Position numbers and translations under genes: made by a program
In this document: positions 47,483-57,264 of the stretch, one piece after another
How positions within the stretch are numbered: position 1 is the first letter of the stretch
Layout: each line of letters begins with the position of its first letter
Origin: an uncultured bacterium
GTDB lineage: Bacteria; SAR324; NAC60-12
Length of the DNA: 64,000 nucleotides
Reading direction: 5' to 3'
NCBI GenBank assembly: GCA_965662845.1
Contig: CBFIJD010000009.1
Location: 1-64,000 of the forward strand
The notes under the pieces: generated by a model
Databases searched by the model: none
The model's input: the letters and a program-made list of their open reading frames with translations, nothing else
Told to the model about the DNA's origin: nothing

Positions 47483-49441
47483 ATGGCAGAAACGAATGCT
47501 CAGGTGTTTCACGTCCCCGAATCATTCAAAGATGCCCTAATCAACGAAGAGCTTTACGAGCAGATGTATCAGGAATCCATAGAGGATCCTGAAGGGTTTT
47601 GGGCAAAACAGGCCGAGCGCATCCACTGGTTCAAGAAGTGGGATAAAGTCAGAGAGGTGGACTACCACACGGCAGACATCAAGTGGTACTTGGGTGGCAA
47701 GACCAACGTCTCGTACAACTGTTTAGACCGCCATTTGGAAGGTGCAAAGCGCAATCAGGCCGCGTTGATTTGGGAAGGTGACGATCCACACTCTGTCCGC
47801 ACGTACACCTATCTGCAGCTGCACCGTGAGGTCAGCCGCTTCGCGAACGTGCTCAAAAAACACGGCGTCACGAAGGGCGACCGCGTTGTGCTCTATCTCC
47901 CGATGATTCCAGAGCTGCCGATTGCCATGTTGGCTTGTGCTCGGATTGGTGCGATTCACTCCATTGTGTTTGGTGGGTTTAGCTCTGATGCGCTGCGCAG
48001 CCGCATTGAGGACTGCACGCCCAAGCTCGTTGTGACGGCAGACGGGGGGTTTCGTGGTGGCAAGAACGTGCCGTTGAAGCACAACTGCGACAAGGCGATG
48101 GAAGGGATGGAGACGATCACCTCCTGTATTGTGGTCAAGCACACCGGCGTACCGGTGGAGATTACGACTCCACGCGACCACTGGTGGCACACGGAAATTC
48201 ACTCCAAAGACATCTCGAATCAATGCCCAGCGGAAGAGCTGGACGCGGAAGATCCGCTTTTCATTCTCTACACCTCCGGCTCCACAGGGAAGCCAAAGGG
48301 CGTGTTGCACACGACCGGGGGCTACATCACCTATGCGTCGTTAACGCATCAATATGTGTTTGATTACCGTGATGGAGAAACGTACTGGTGTACGGCTGAC
48401 ATTGGTTGGGTGACCGGACACACATACATCGTGTATGGGCCGCTCGCGAACGGTGCGACGTCTGTCATGTTCGAAGGAGTCCCCAACTATCCACAGTGGG
48501 ACCGCTTCTGGGACATTGTTGAGAAGCATCAAGTCAACATCTTGTACACGGCGCCGACGGCGATTCGTGTGATCGCGAAAGAAGGAGATGAGAACGTAGA
48601 GAAGCACGACCTGAGCAGCTTACGCTTGCTGGGATCTGTGGGGGAGCCGATCAACCCAGAGGCGTGGCTGTGGTATCACCGTGTGGTTGGCAAGGAGAAG
48701 TGCCCGATTGTGGATACATGGTGGCAGACAGAGACGGGCGGGATTTTGATTTCACCCCTGCCTGGGGCAACGAAGCTCAAGCCGGGTTCGGCGACGCGCC
48801 CCTTCTTTGGCGTCCAACCTGTGTTGGTTGACCCGCAAACCGGCGAAGAACTGGAAGGAGCGACAGAAGGGGCGCTGTGTTTGAAGGACTCATGGCCCGG
48901 TCAAATGCGTAGCGTTTATGGAGACGCCGAGCGTTTCTACAACACCTACTTTGTGCAATACAAAGGCATGTATTTCACGGGGGACGGTGCTCGACGCGAC
49001 GAAGATGGCTACTTCTGGATTACGGGCCGCATCGACGACGTGATCAACGTCTCGGGGCACCGGATGGGCACCGCAGAGATTGAGTCCGCGTTGGTGCTGC
49101 ACAAAGATGTGGCAGAAGCTGCCGTGGTGGGCTTCCCCCACAAAGTGAAGGGCCAAGGCATCTATGCGTATGTCACCGTCAATAATGAAGTGACTCCCAA
49201 CGAAGAGCTACACACCGAGCTTGTGAAGTTGGTGCGTAAGGAGATTGGGCCAATCGCTACCCTTGACGTGATCCAGTGGGCGCCAGGGCTGCCGAAGACG
49301 CGCAGTGGAAAAATCATGCGCCGCATTTTGCGCAAAATCGCCGAGAACCAGTCCGATAGCATCGGAGATACTTCAACACTGGCCGATCCATCGGTTGTAG
49401 AGAACCTCGTCGAGAACCGTATGAAGACCGGCGAAGAATAG
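47483..49441 (+). CDS. acs: Acetyl-CoA synthetase
   Basis: [52 protein letters not shown]. Confidence 0.97.
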   Translation: MAETNAQVFHVPESFKDALINEELYEQMYQESIEDPEGFWAKQAERIHWFKKWDKVREVDYHTADIKWYLGGKTNVSYNCLDRHLEGAKRNQAALIWEGDDPHSVRTYTYLQLHREVSRFANVLKKHGVTKGDRVVLYLPMIPELPIAMLACARIGAIHSIVFGGFSSDALRSRIEDCTPKLVVTADGGFRGGKNVPLKHNCDKAMEGMETITSCIVVKHTGVPVEITTPRDHWWHTEIHSKDISNQCPAEELDAEDPLFILYTSGSTGKPKGVLHTTGGYITYASLTHQYVFDYRDGETYWCTADIGWVTGHTYIVYGPLANGATSVMFEGVPNYPQWDRFWDIVEKHQVNILYTAPTAIRVIAKEGDENVEKHDLSSLRLLGSVGEPINPEAWLWYHRVVGKEKCPIVDTWWQTETGGILISPLPGATKLKPGSATRPFFGVQPVLVDPQTGEELEGATEGALCLKDSWPGQMRSVYGDAERFYNTYFVQYKGMYFTGDGARRDEDGYFWITGRIDDVINVSGHRMGTAEIESALVLHKDVAEAAVVGFPHKVKGQGIYAYVTVNNEVTPNEELHTELVKLVRKEIGPIATLDVIQWAPGLPKTRSGKIMRRILRKIAENQSDSIGDTSTLADPSVVENLVENRMKTGEE

Positions 49442-49497
49442 TTTCTACCACCAAAATACTTTTCTAACATTTTTCTTGTAATACCTTCCCCCACTTC

Positions 49498-49518
49498 GTC
49501 CGCCCGCATTGGGCGGAC
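49498..49518. terminator. Hairpin between acs and phaA
   Basis: GTCCGCCC-gcatt-GGGCGGAC; no strong U-tract on the plus strand. Confidence 0.35.
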
Positions 49519-49554
49519 AGTCTCGCTTACTTATCACCTCCCAAGGAGACCTCC

Positions 49555-50736
49555 ATGGCAGAAAATGTTGTCATCGTAGCCGCTGGACGCACCGCTGTCG
49601 CCAACTTCAACGGCAGCCTCGCCTCCGTTAATCCGGCGGATTTGGGCGCAACCGTGATCAAAGGTTTGCTAGAGCGTGCCAAGCTTACGCCTGAGCAAAT
49701 TGACGAAGTCATCCTCGGTCAAGTGCTCACAGCGGCGAACGGACAAAATCCTGCGCGCCAAGCGGCGATCAAGGCTGGCATTCCAGAAACGACTCCGGCC
49801 ATGACCATCAACAAAGTTTGTGGCAGCGGCCTGAAGTCCATTCATCTCGCAGCCCAAGCGATCAAGTGTGGTGACGCCGAGATCATCATCGCTGGTGGGC
49901 AAGAGAACATGAGCCAAGCTCCGCACGCGCTCCTGAACTCACGCAATGGGCAGCGCATGGGCGATTGGCAAATGACAGACACCATGATCAAAGACGGTCT
50001 GTGGTGTGCCTTCAACGACTATCACATGGGCATCACAGCCGAGAACATTGCCGACAAATACGAGATCTCTCGTGAAGAGCAGGATCAGTTTGCGCTGCGG
50101 TCTCAAAATCTCGCTGAGAAGGCGCAAGCCGAAGGCAAATTTGAAGAAGAGATCATCCCAGTGGAAATCCCACAGCGCAAAGGTGACCCCATCGTCTTCA
50201 AAGAGGATGAGTTCATCCGCAAAGGCGCGACTATCGAGGGTATCCAAAAGCCGCGACCAGCGTTCAAGAAAGACGGAACCGTCACTGCGGCGAACGCCTC
50301 TGGGATCAACGACGGCGCAGCCGCCGTCATCGTCATGTCAGAGAGCAAAGCCAAAGAGCTGGGTCTGGAGATCTTGGCGACCGTGAAAGCGTATGCAAGC
50401 GGCGGCGTTGACCCTGCAATCATGGGGATGGGGCCAGTTCCTTCGACGCAGAAATGCCTAGAGAAAGCAGGTTGGACGCTGGCAGACGTAGATGTGATTG
50501 AAGCCAACGAAGCGTTCGCTGCTCAGTCACTGGGTGTCTCGAAGGAGCTTGGTTTTGACATCGAGAAGGTGAACGTCAATGGGGGCGCGATCGCGATTGG
50601 CCACCCGATTGGCGCCTCTGGTTGTCGAGTGTTTGTGACGTTGCTGCACGAGATGAAGCGTCGCGACGCAAAGAAAGGTCTGGCGACCTTGTGTATCGGT
50701 GGTGGACAAGGCGTGGCGTTGGCCGTTGAGCGCTAA
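49555..50736 (+). CDS. phaA: Acetyl-CoA acetyltransferase (beta-ketothiolase)
   Basis: [28 protein letters not shown]; clustered with phaC. Confidence 0.92.
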   Translation: MAENVVIVAAGRTAVANFNGSLASVNPADLGATVIKGLLERAKLTPEQIDEVILGQVLTAANGQNPARQAAIKAGIPETTPAMTINKVCGSGLKSIHLAAQAIKCGDAEIIIAGGQENMSQAPHALLNSRNGQRMGDWQMTDTMIKDGLWCAFNDYHMGITAENIADKYEISREEQDQFALRSQNLAEKAQAEGKFEEEIIPVEIPQRKGDPIVFKEDEFIRKGATIEGIQKPRPAFKKDGTVTAANASGINDGAAAVIVMSESKAKELGLEILATVKAYASGGVDPAIMGMGPVPSTQKCLEKAGWTLADVDVIEANEAFAAQSLGVSKELGFDIEKVNVNGGAIAIGHPIGASGCRVFVTLLHEMKRRDAKKGLATLCIGGGQGVALAVER

Positions 50737-50802
50737 GTCTCGGTTCGTTCTTTCAATAATTTCAGCGGCCAATCAGGCCGCTAACACCCCATAGGAGTGA
50801 AT

Positions 50803-51591
50803 ATGGATCTTAAAGAAAAAGTCGTCGTTGTAACGGGTGGTGGTCGTGGACTGGGGCGCGCGTTCGCGTTGGCGTTGGCCGAAAAAGGGGCCAACTTGGC
50901 TCTTGTTGACCTCAACGAAGAAGACTTGGAAGCTACCAAGAGCATGGTCGTCGAGAAAGGTGCCAAGGCGAACATCTACACCACCAACGTTGCGAAAGAA
51001 GAAGAAGTGGTCGCGCTGTTCGACAAGGTTGTAGCAGATTTTGGTTCTGTGGACGGTCTGATCAACAACGCGGGCATCACCCGTGATGGTTTGATCGTGC
51101 GCAAGAAGAAGATCAAAGACGAAGCCGGCAATGTGACCGGCGAAGAAATCCAGAAGATGAGCCTGCAAAACTGGCAGATGGTGATCGATGTGAACTTGAC
51201 GGGTGTGTTCCTCTGCGCCCGCGAGTTCTTCGAGAAGCAGCTCCAGCTGGGGAGCAGCGGCGTCTGCATCAACATCTCCAGCATTTCTCGCAATGGAAAT
51301 ATGGGGCAGACCAACTACACCGCCACCAAGGCCGGTGTCGCCGAAATGACGGTGACCTGGGCTAAAGAGATGGCCCCGTATGGTGTACGCTGCGCCGCCA
51401 TCGCGCCGGGCTACATCAACACCGAGATGGTCGCCGCCATCCGTGACGACGTGAAGCAGAAGATTATCGACCAGGTGCCATTAAAGCGCTTGGGCGAGCC
51501 TTCAGAAATCGCAAACACCGCCGTCTTCATTCTGGAGAATGATTACATCAGCGGTCGCGTGATTGAAGTAGACGGCGCTCTGCGCATCTAA
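50803..51591 (+). CDS. SDR-family 3-oxoacyl reductase, probable acetoacetyl-CoA reductase (PhaB role)
   Basis: TGGGRGLG, NNAGITRD, NISS, GQTNYTATK, PGYINTEM; between phaA and phaC; ATG 50803 after AGGAG. Confidence 0.8.
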   Translation: MDLKEKVVVVTGGGRGLGRAFALALAEKGANLALVDLNEEDLEATKSMVVEKGAKANIYTTNVAKEEEVVALFDKVVADFGSVDGLINNAGITRDGLIVRKKKIKDEAGNVTGEEIQKMSLQNWQMVIDVNLTGVFLCAREFFEKQLQLGSSGVCINISSISRNGNMGQTNYTATKAGVAEMTVTWAKEMAPYGVRCAAIAPGYINTEMVAAIRDDVKQKIIDQVPLKRLGEPSEIANTAVFILENDYISGRVIEVDGALRI

Positions 51592-51722
51592 CGCAATGTC
51601 GAGCAGGCCTAAGCCTGTTCGCCGGCTTGACTGCGAGCCTCTCACGGGAGGTTCCATCGTCACGCCGGCGGCTGTGATGTCCCCCCTGAATCCCCTCAAA
51701 CAATGTGAACGGAGCAAGGATT

Positions 51723-53456
51723 ATGTCGACCCAGACCGAACAGATGTCCCAGCAGCAAATGCAGGATTTCTTCACCACAATGATCTCGAAAATGAACGAA
51801 CAGTCCACCAACGTGGATCCGTTTGGCGCTATGAAGTCAATGCAGCAAGTGGCCGAAGCATGGGTCAAAAATCCGCAGGAGCTGACCGAGTCCATGAACG
51901 ACTGGAGCAAGCGCATTGGCGAAGTGAACATGAAAGTGTGGAACGAATTCGTGACGAAATCGCGCGAATCCATGGAGAAAGGAGAGTTTGGCAAGGTACC
52001 AAAAGTCGAAGAGATGCCTTACTTCGGCTGGATTCAAGAGTATTACAAACTCTATGCGGATTTTTTGCAGGAGAGCATCAAGCGCACGCCAGATGTCCCC
52101 GACCGCGTGAAAGACAAAGCGCGCTTCTGGACCGAGCAAATGGTCAGCGCCATCGCTCCCAACAACTACTTCTGGACGAACCCCGGCGCGATCCGTGAGT
52201 TTATGGACACCGAAGGCAAGAGCCTGATGAAAGGGTTTGAAAATTGGGTCAAAGACCTGAAGGAACAGATGCCTCAAATGGTAGACAAGACGCCTTTTGA
52301 AGTCGGGAAAAACCTCGCGAACAGCCCCGGAAAAGTGGTGTATCGCAACGAATTGATGGAGTTGATTCAGTACCAAGCAACGACCGATCAAGCGCACCAA
52401 GTGCCGATCTTGATCACGCCTCCGTGGATTAACAAATTCTACATTCTCGACCTCAACGAGAAGAACAGCTTTGTGCGCAACCTAGTGAACAATGGCTTCA
52501 CCGTCTTCATGATTAGCTGGAAAAACCCAACAGCAGAAATGCGGGAAACCGGGCTGGAAGACTACATGACCAAGGGGCCAATCGAGGCTTCAAATGTCGT
52601 GAAAGAAATCACTGGCGCGCCAAGCGTACACGTCGTGGGCTACTGCATTGGCGGTTCAATGTTGGCGACGACGATGGGGTGGCTAAACGCGGATGAGAAC
52701 AAATCTAAGAACAACTTCAGCAGCTTCACCCTGTTGACCACGCTGGTGGATTTCGAGCAGCCTGGGGATCTCGGATTGTTTGTAGACGAAGACTCGCTGA
52801 AGTTTGTTGAGAAGACGATGGCCGAGCATGGCTTCCTCGATGGCAAGCAGATGGGGACGACTTATCGCATGCTCAAAGCCGATGGCCTGATCTGGAATTA
52901 TGTCGTGAACAACTACCTCTATGGGAAGACACCTCCTCCAATCGATATGTTGTTCTGGAACGAGGACTCCACCCGCTTGCCGGAGAAAGCACACTCGTAC
53001 TATCTGCGTGAATACTACATCAACAACAACCTCTGCAAAGGGAAGGTGGAGCTGTTGGGCACTAAGGTGGACCTCAAGAAGATCACTCAGCCGCTGTACT
53101 CAGTCTCGGCAGAGAAAGATCACATCACACCGTGGAAGCAAGTCTTCAAGACTGGCCTCAACACGAGCGGCCCCGTGCGCTTCGCGTTGTCCACTTCCGG
53201 ACACATCGCTGGTGTCGTCAATCCTCCGTTGAATCCACCAAAGCGCGCTTACTGGGCCGGACCCGTAGATCAGAAGAAAGACACCGACCCCGCAGCGTGG
53301 CAGCAGTCGATCAAGCAAGTCCCGGGCACATGGTGGGAAGACTGGACGCAGTGGCTGAAGACGCAATGTGGCGAAATGGCAGCCTTGCCCCCAATTGGGA
53401 GCCGCAAGCACAAAGTCCTAGGTGATGCTCCAGGAACCTATGTAGTCGAGAAGTAA
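51723..53456 (+). CDS. phaC: Class I polyhydroxyalkanoate synthase
   Basis: FEVGKNLA.SPG.VV, PPWINKFYILDL, lipase box GYCIGG, DHI, SGHIAG, WW.DW; start at ATG 51723. Confidence 0.94.
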   Translation: MSTQTEQMSQQQMQDFFTTMISKMNEQSTNVDPFGAMKSMQQVAEAWVKNPQELTESMNDWSKRIGEVNMKVWNEFVTKSRESMEKGEFGKVPKVEEMPYFGWIQEYYKLYADFLQESIKRTPDVPDRVKDKARFWTEQMVSAIAPNNYFWTNPGAIREFMDTEGKSLMKGFENWVKDLKEQMPQMVDKTPFEVGKNLANSPGKVVYRNELMELIQYQATTDQAHQVPILITPPWINKFYILDLNEKNSFVRNLVNNGFTVFMISWKNPTAEMRETGLEDYMTKGPIEASNVVKEITGAPSVHVVGYCIGGSMLATTMGWLNADENKSKNNFSSFTLLTTLVDFEQPGDLGLFVDEDSLKFVEKTMAEHGFLDGKQMGTTYRMLKADGLIWNYVVNNYLYGKTPPPIDMLFWNEDSTRLPEKAHSYYLREYYINNNLCKGKVELLGTKVDLKKITQPLYSVSAEKDHITPWKQVFKTGLNTSGPVRFALSTSGHIAGVVNPPLNPPKRAYWAGPVDQKKDTDPAAWQQSIKQVPGTWWEDWTQWLKTQCGEMAALPPIGSRKHKVLGDAPGTYVVEK

Positions 53457-53470
53457 CCCCCTCCCCTCTG

Positions 53471-53489
53471 CCGGGCCCTACGGGTCCGG
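53471..53489 (+). terminator. Hairpin after phaC
   Basis: CCGGGCCC-tac-GGGTCCGG followed by TT. Confidence 0.4.
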
Positions 53490-53548
53490 TTCCTGCACCC
53501 AAACCCTCCCTCTGTTCTCATCCTCCAACCTTGTTCTTCTCTGTTTTC

Positions 53549-54742
53549 ATGTCACTCAAGCGACTGTTTTTCATATCTGTTTTTTTATGCTCTTCTCTCG
53601 CCTCATTCGCACAGTCTCCTTCAACAGATGCTGCGCCGCTCACCCAGCAATCTTTCTTAGAAAACTACCGGGAAGCGGTCTACAACCTGTATCTGCCCGA
53701 ACAACGGGAAGCGCTGCTCAACCAGCTCACCCAGCTGCCGGAGCTGGAGCGCGTGACGATGCGAGCGTTGCTGGCGTATAGCGAGTTCGCGCTCAACTTT
53801 GACGGCAAAACGGACGCGCCGCGTGAGCAAGCTTTCCGGGAAACCGCAGAAGATGCCTCGGTGAAGTTACAAGAGCACTTAGACCGCACCCCTGACGACC
53901 TCTCGGCCAAGTTGAACCTCGGCGTCGTCTATGGACTTTGGGCAGGGGTGGCATTGAGTCATGAGCAGAGCTACCTCAAGGCATATCGCTATGGAAATCG
54001 AGGCGTCGCTCTCTTAGATGAAGTGTATGAGCAGGATCCAAACCTGCACGACGTGCAACTCAGCTCGGGCGTGCTCAAGCTGATGATTGCCCAGTCTGCG
54101 TGGTATGTGCGGTGGGTCGCGCCGATGGTCCTAGACAGCGGCTCGATCGATGCCGGCGTCGAGCACCTCAACACGGTCTTGCGCAAAGGACGCTACGTTC
54201 AAGATGAAGCATTGCTCGCGCATGTTCTGTTGTTGTGGGGAGACGTCCCACCGAAGCAGCTGCGCGCGAGCGTGCAGGCGTTGCTGCAGTTTGTGCGACG
54301 CTATCCGGATAATTTGCAGCTATATGTCGTGTTGGCGCGAGGCTACTGGCTGCTGGGCGAATATGACGTGGCGAATTATTATGCGCTGCAAGGACTCCGA
54401 CAATTGCAGCAGCACCGAGGTGCGTTCGTGCGAGAGCACGGGATCGAGATGCAATCCTTTCTCTTGTATTGGCACTATCGCTATTTGGCAGACCAGAAAG
54501 AGTGGGTGCGTATGCTGCGTCAAACACAACAGCAGCCGGAAGAAGGCATTCAGGCAACCTTTCGTGCGGTGGCCCTCTGGAATATGGGGCAGTATGACAA
54601 AGCCCGAGAGGTCGCTACGACTGCGTTGCAGGGCTTAGAAACCAAAAAAGTCGCAATGCCTCTCTTCATGGTGCCATTCCTCTTCGAGTTGACCCCGTCC
54701 TTAGAAAACATCTTGCGCAACGAAATCCTCCAGCAAAGCTAA
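53549..54742 (+). CDS. Hypothetical exported alpha-helical (TPR-like) protein
   Basis: Signal peptide (..SSLASFA-Q), helical repeats (LDRTPDD..AKLNLG, VRRYPDN..YVVLARGY). Confidence 0.65.
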   Translation: MSLKRLFFISVFLCSSLASFAQSPSTDAAPLTQQSFLENYREAVYNLYLPEQREALLNQLTQLPELERVTMRALLAYSEFALNFDGKTDAPREQAFRETAEDASVKLQEHLDRTPDDLSAKLNLGVVYGLWAGVALSHEQSYLKAYRYGNRGVALLDEVYEQDPNLHDVQLSSGVLKLMIAQSAWYVRWVAPMVLDSGSIDAGVEHLNTVLRKGRYVQDEALLAHVLLLWGDVPPKQLRASVQALLQFVRRYPDNLQLYVVLARGYWLLGEYDVANYYALQGLRQLQQHRGAFVREHGIEMQSFLLYWHYRYLADQKEWVRMLRQTQQQPEEGIQATFRAVALWNMGQYDKAREVATTALQGLETKKVAMPLFMVPFLFELTPSLENILRNEILQQS

Positions 54743-54743
54743 C

Positions 54744-55943
54744 ATGACTCACACCGAAGTTGCGGTGATTGGCGGCGGAATCGTAGGACTTGCCACTGCC
54801 TATCACTGGTCTCAATTGCACCCGAACCGCAAAGTAGTCGTCCTCGAAAAAGAAGCCGCGATCGCTCAGCACCAGACCGGTCACAACTCCGGCGTGCTCC
54901 ACTCGGGAATCTATTACAAGCCTGGATCGCTCAAAGCCACCAACTGCCGCGCGGGAAAAAAGCGTATGGAAGCCTTTTGTGAGCAGGAAAACATCCCATT
55001 TGAACTCTGCGGAAAAGTGATCGTGGCCACGCATGAAGGCGAGTTTGAAGCGCTCCATAACATCTATGAACGCGGCCAAGAAAATGGCGTCAGCTGCGAA
55101 ATGATAGACCAACACCGCTTGTTAGAGCTGGAGCCACATGTGCAGGGGCTGCGCGCGATCCATGTGCCAGAAGCCGGAATTGTGGACTATAAAGCCGTCT
55201 GTCAGCGTCTAGCAGAACGCATCCAAGAAACCGGCGAGAACCAGATCAAGTGCGGAGCCGCAGTCACAAACGTCGAACAGAGAACAGAAGAAATCATCTT
55301 GCAGACCACGACAGGCGAAGTGTCATGCCGCTATGTGATCAACTGTGCGGGGTTGCAATCGGATAAAGTGATGGCCCTGACTGGCCAAACAGCAGACGTT
55401 CAGATTGTGCCGTTTCGAGGGGAGTACTTTCTGGTGAATCCAGCGAAAAAGCACCTGTGTCAAAATCTCATTTATCCAGTGCCCAACCCAGAATTTCCGT
55501 TTTTGGGAGTGCACTTTACACGCATGATTGACGGTGCTTTGGAGTGCGGGCCGAACGCGGTCTTGGCCTTCGCCCGAGAAGGCTATCGTAAGACAGATGT
55601 GGTGCCGACAGAATTGTGGGAAGCGTTGCGTTATCCAGGCTTTCAGAAGCTAGCGCTGAAGTATTGGAAGATCGGGCTGGGCGAGATGTGGCGCTCCCTA
55701 TCGAAAGAGGCCTTTGTGACCGCCTTGCAGCGTTTGATCCCAGAGGTGACTTCCGAAGATTTGACAGCAGCTCCGGCCGGAGTAAGAGCCCAAGCGGTCT
55801 CAAAGGACGGTCAACTGATCGATGATTTTTTGATTCAGGAGAGTGAGCGCGTGTTGAACGTGTGCAACGCTCCCTCTCCCGCTGCGACCGCCTCTTTGAA
55901 TATCGGGAGGTTGTTAGCGGAGAAGTTGGAGACTCGGCTGTGA
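54744..55943 (+). CDS. lhgO: L-2-hydroxyglutarate oxidase
   Basis: GGGIVGLATA, HQTGHNSGVLHSGIYY.PGSLKA, PFRGEY, PFLGVHFT, GVRAQA, PSPAATAS. Confidence 0.92.
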   Translation: MTHTEVAVIGGGIVGLATAYHWSQLHPNRKVVVLEKEAAIAQHQTGHNSGVLHSGIYYKPGSLKATNCRAGKKRMEAFCEQENIPFELCGKVIVATHEGEFEALHNIYERGQENGVSCEMIDQHRLLELEPHVQGLRAIHVPEAGIVDYKAVCQRLAERIQETGENQIKCGAAVTNVEQRTEEIILQTTTGEVSCRYVINCAGLQSDKVMALTGQTADVQIVPFRGEYFLVNPAKKHLCQNLIYPVPNPEFPFLGVHFTRMIDGALECGPNAVLAFAREGYRKTDVVPTELWEALRYPGFQKLALKYWKIGLGEMWRSLSKEAFVTALQRLIPEVTSEDLTAAPAGVRAQAVSKDGQLIDDFLIQESERVLNVCNAPSPAATASLNIGRLLAEKLETRL

Positions 55944-56123
55944 CCGGGAAGAGAAGCTATTGAATTTGACGGGAGCTTAACTGTTGGAGGATGTGCTGGC
56001 GCTGCTGCGAAGAATAGTCGCGCCAAGAGGCGATCTCTTCCAAGGTGCGTTTGCAGCCCAAACAGTGGGTGGTCGCTTCGTTCAGTTTGCAAATTCCCAC
56101 GCAGGGAGAGGGGGCGGATGAAC

Positions 56124-56444
56124 TCATTTGGGAACCGCAACTGCGGACATCTCAACGCAGGTTTCATCGCCTTGCGAGTAGCGTCGAACCTCTTGTGTGC
56201 GAGGTAGATAGCGGTTGCGGTCTCCGGCCACAGAGCGCAGGTGAAACTCAGCGGCCTTGCGAGCGTTTCTGGCGGCCTCGCGCGGAGTCGCTGAACAGGC
56301 TGTGCCGGTTGTGATGACGTCGGTTCCGCCGTTGTCGACCACGGAGTAGGTGGGGTCATAGTCCGTCCGAAAGCGCTCTGCCGTGCTGCTACATCCCACA
56401 AAAAGCAGCCCGCAAGCGAGGCCAGCGATCAACTTAGCGTACAT
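56124..56444 (-). CDS. Small hypothetical lipoprotein
   Basis: Lipobox LFVGC, two further Cys; overlaps the end of the upstream gene. Confidence 0.7.
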   Translation of the reverse strand: MYAKLIAGLACGLLFVGCSSTAERFRTDYDPTYSVVDNGGTDVITTGTACSATPREAARNARKAAEFHLRSVAGDRNRYLPRTQEVRRYSQGDETCVEMSAVAVPK

Positions 56445-57264
56445 ACGGTGTGTCCAAAACGAAGTCTAAGTCTTGAGTTCCTAAGGGCAACAGCTCGGTG
56501 GAGCGCCCTGCAATCTCTCCCTGCGCTGCTTGAAAAGGTTGCCCATCTTTGTCGGAAATAATGCGCAGAGAGTAAGAGCCGGAGAGCGGTGCGCCTCCCA
56601 TCGCGTGTGCGGATCCGATGCTGAATTCTTGTGGAAAAGAGACCTGATCCAGAATCCGAAAGGCGGCGGGGCGCCCAAGCTCCATATCGAACAAGAGGAC
56701 GATGAGCCGGTCGTTAGCGTTCCAGTTGGACTGCAATTCTGGTGCGACTCTGATGGTTCCACTGATCATTTTGCTAGGATCGTCGTTTTGGGGAGGAGTT
56801 CCCAAAAGCTCTTGCGGGAAGTTACGGAAGGGGCGGTCCAACGTGTAAGTGACGGCTTTGCTGCCCAAAGGGAGGGGTGAGGTCAACTCGCCGATCAACT
56901 CTCCAGGGGCTGGCTGGTTGGGGTTGCCATCTTTGTCCGTGAAGACCAAGAGTCGGTAAGAGCCGGAGAGCTCTCTCCCTGGAGGCGCATCCACTTGCCC
57001 GACAGAGAAGGTCATGGGAGGCAAGAAGGGGTTGAGCATGTGCTGTGCAACCGGAAACATTGTCTCTGGGTCTAAGAGGACGATGTAGGCGTTGTCGGTT
57101 TTGACGATGGCACCGATGGTCTCTGGTGTCGCTTGGATGGTCCCGCTGATCGAAGCTGCCAGTTTGGCGGACTCACGATTGACCTCGCGCATGAGGGCAT
57201 AGCCGATCAGCGCGACGATGACAGTGATAATGCCCGTGTAAATCAGCGTATTGCGACGCTTCAT
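56434..57264 (-). CDS. Membrane-anchored protein with two tandem beta-rich domains resembling the CcmI/CycH C-terminal domain
   Basis: N-terminal TM; repeat ISGTI..P..P..FS(V/I)G..LSGSY.L...DKDG.P....GE..G...LPLG....LD.P occurs twice. Confidence 0.7.
   Translation of the reverse strand: MKRRNTLIYTGIITVIVALIGYALMREVNRESAKLAASISGTIQATPETIGAIVKTDNAYIVLLDPETMFPVAQHMLNPFLPPMTFSVGQVDAPPGRELSGSYRLLVFTDKDGNPNQPAPGELIGELTSPLPLGSKAVTYTLDRPFRNFPQELLGTPPQNDDPSKMISGTIRVAPELQSNWNANDRLIVLLFDMELGRPAAFRILDQVSFPQEFSIGSAHAMGGAPLSGSYSLRIISDKDGQPFQAAQGEIAGRSTELLPLGTQDLDFVLDTPYVR

Noticed and set aside
51596..52198. 200-aa ORF overlapping the phaC start as a possible phasin
   Set aside because: Out-of-frame overlap with phaC, Arg-rich composition unlike phasins
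55944..56123. Possible ncRNA in the lhgO-lipoprotein convergent gap (GGAAGAGA..TCTCTTCC)
   Set aside because: A single 8-bp long-range match with no recognisable family; could be chance
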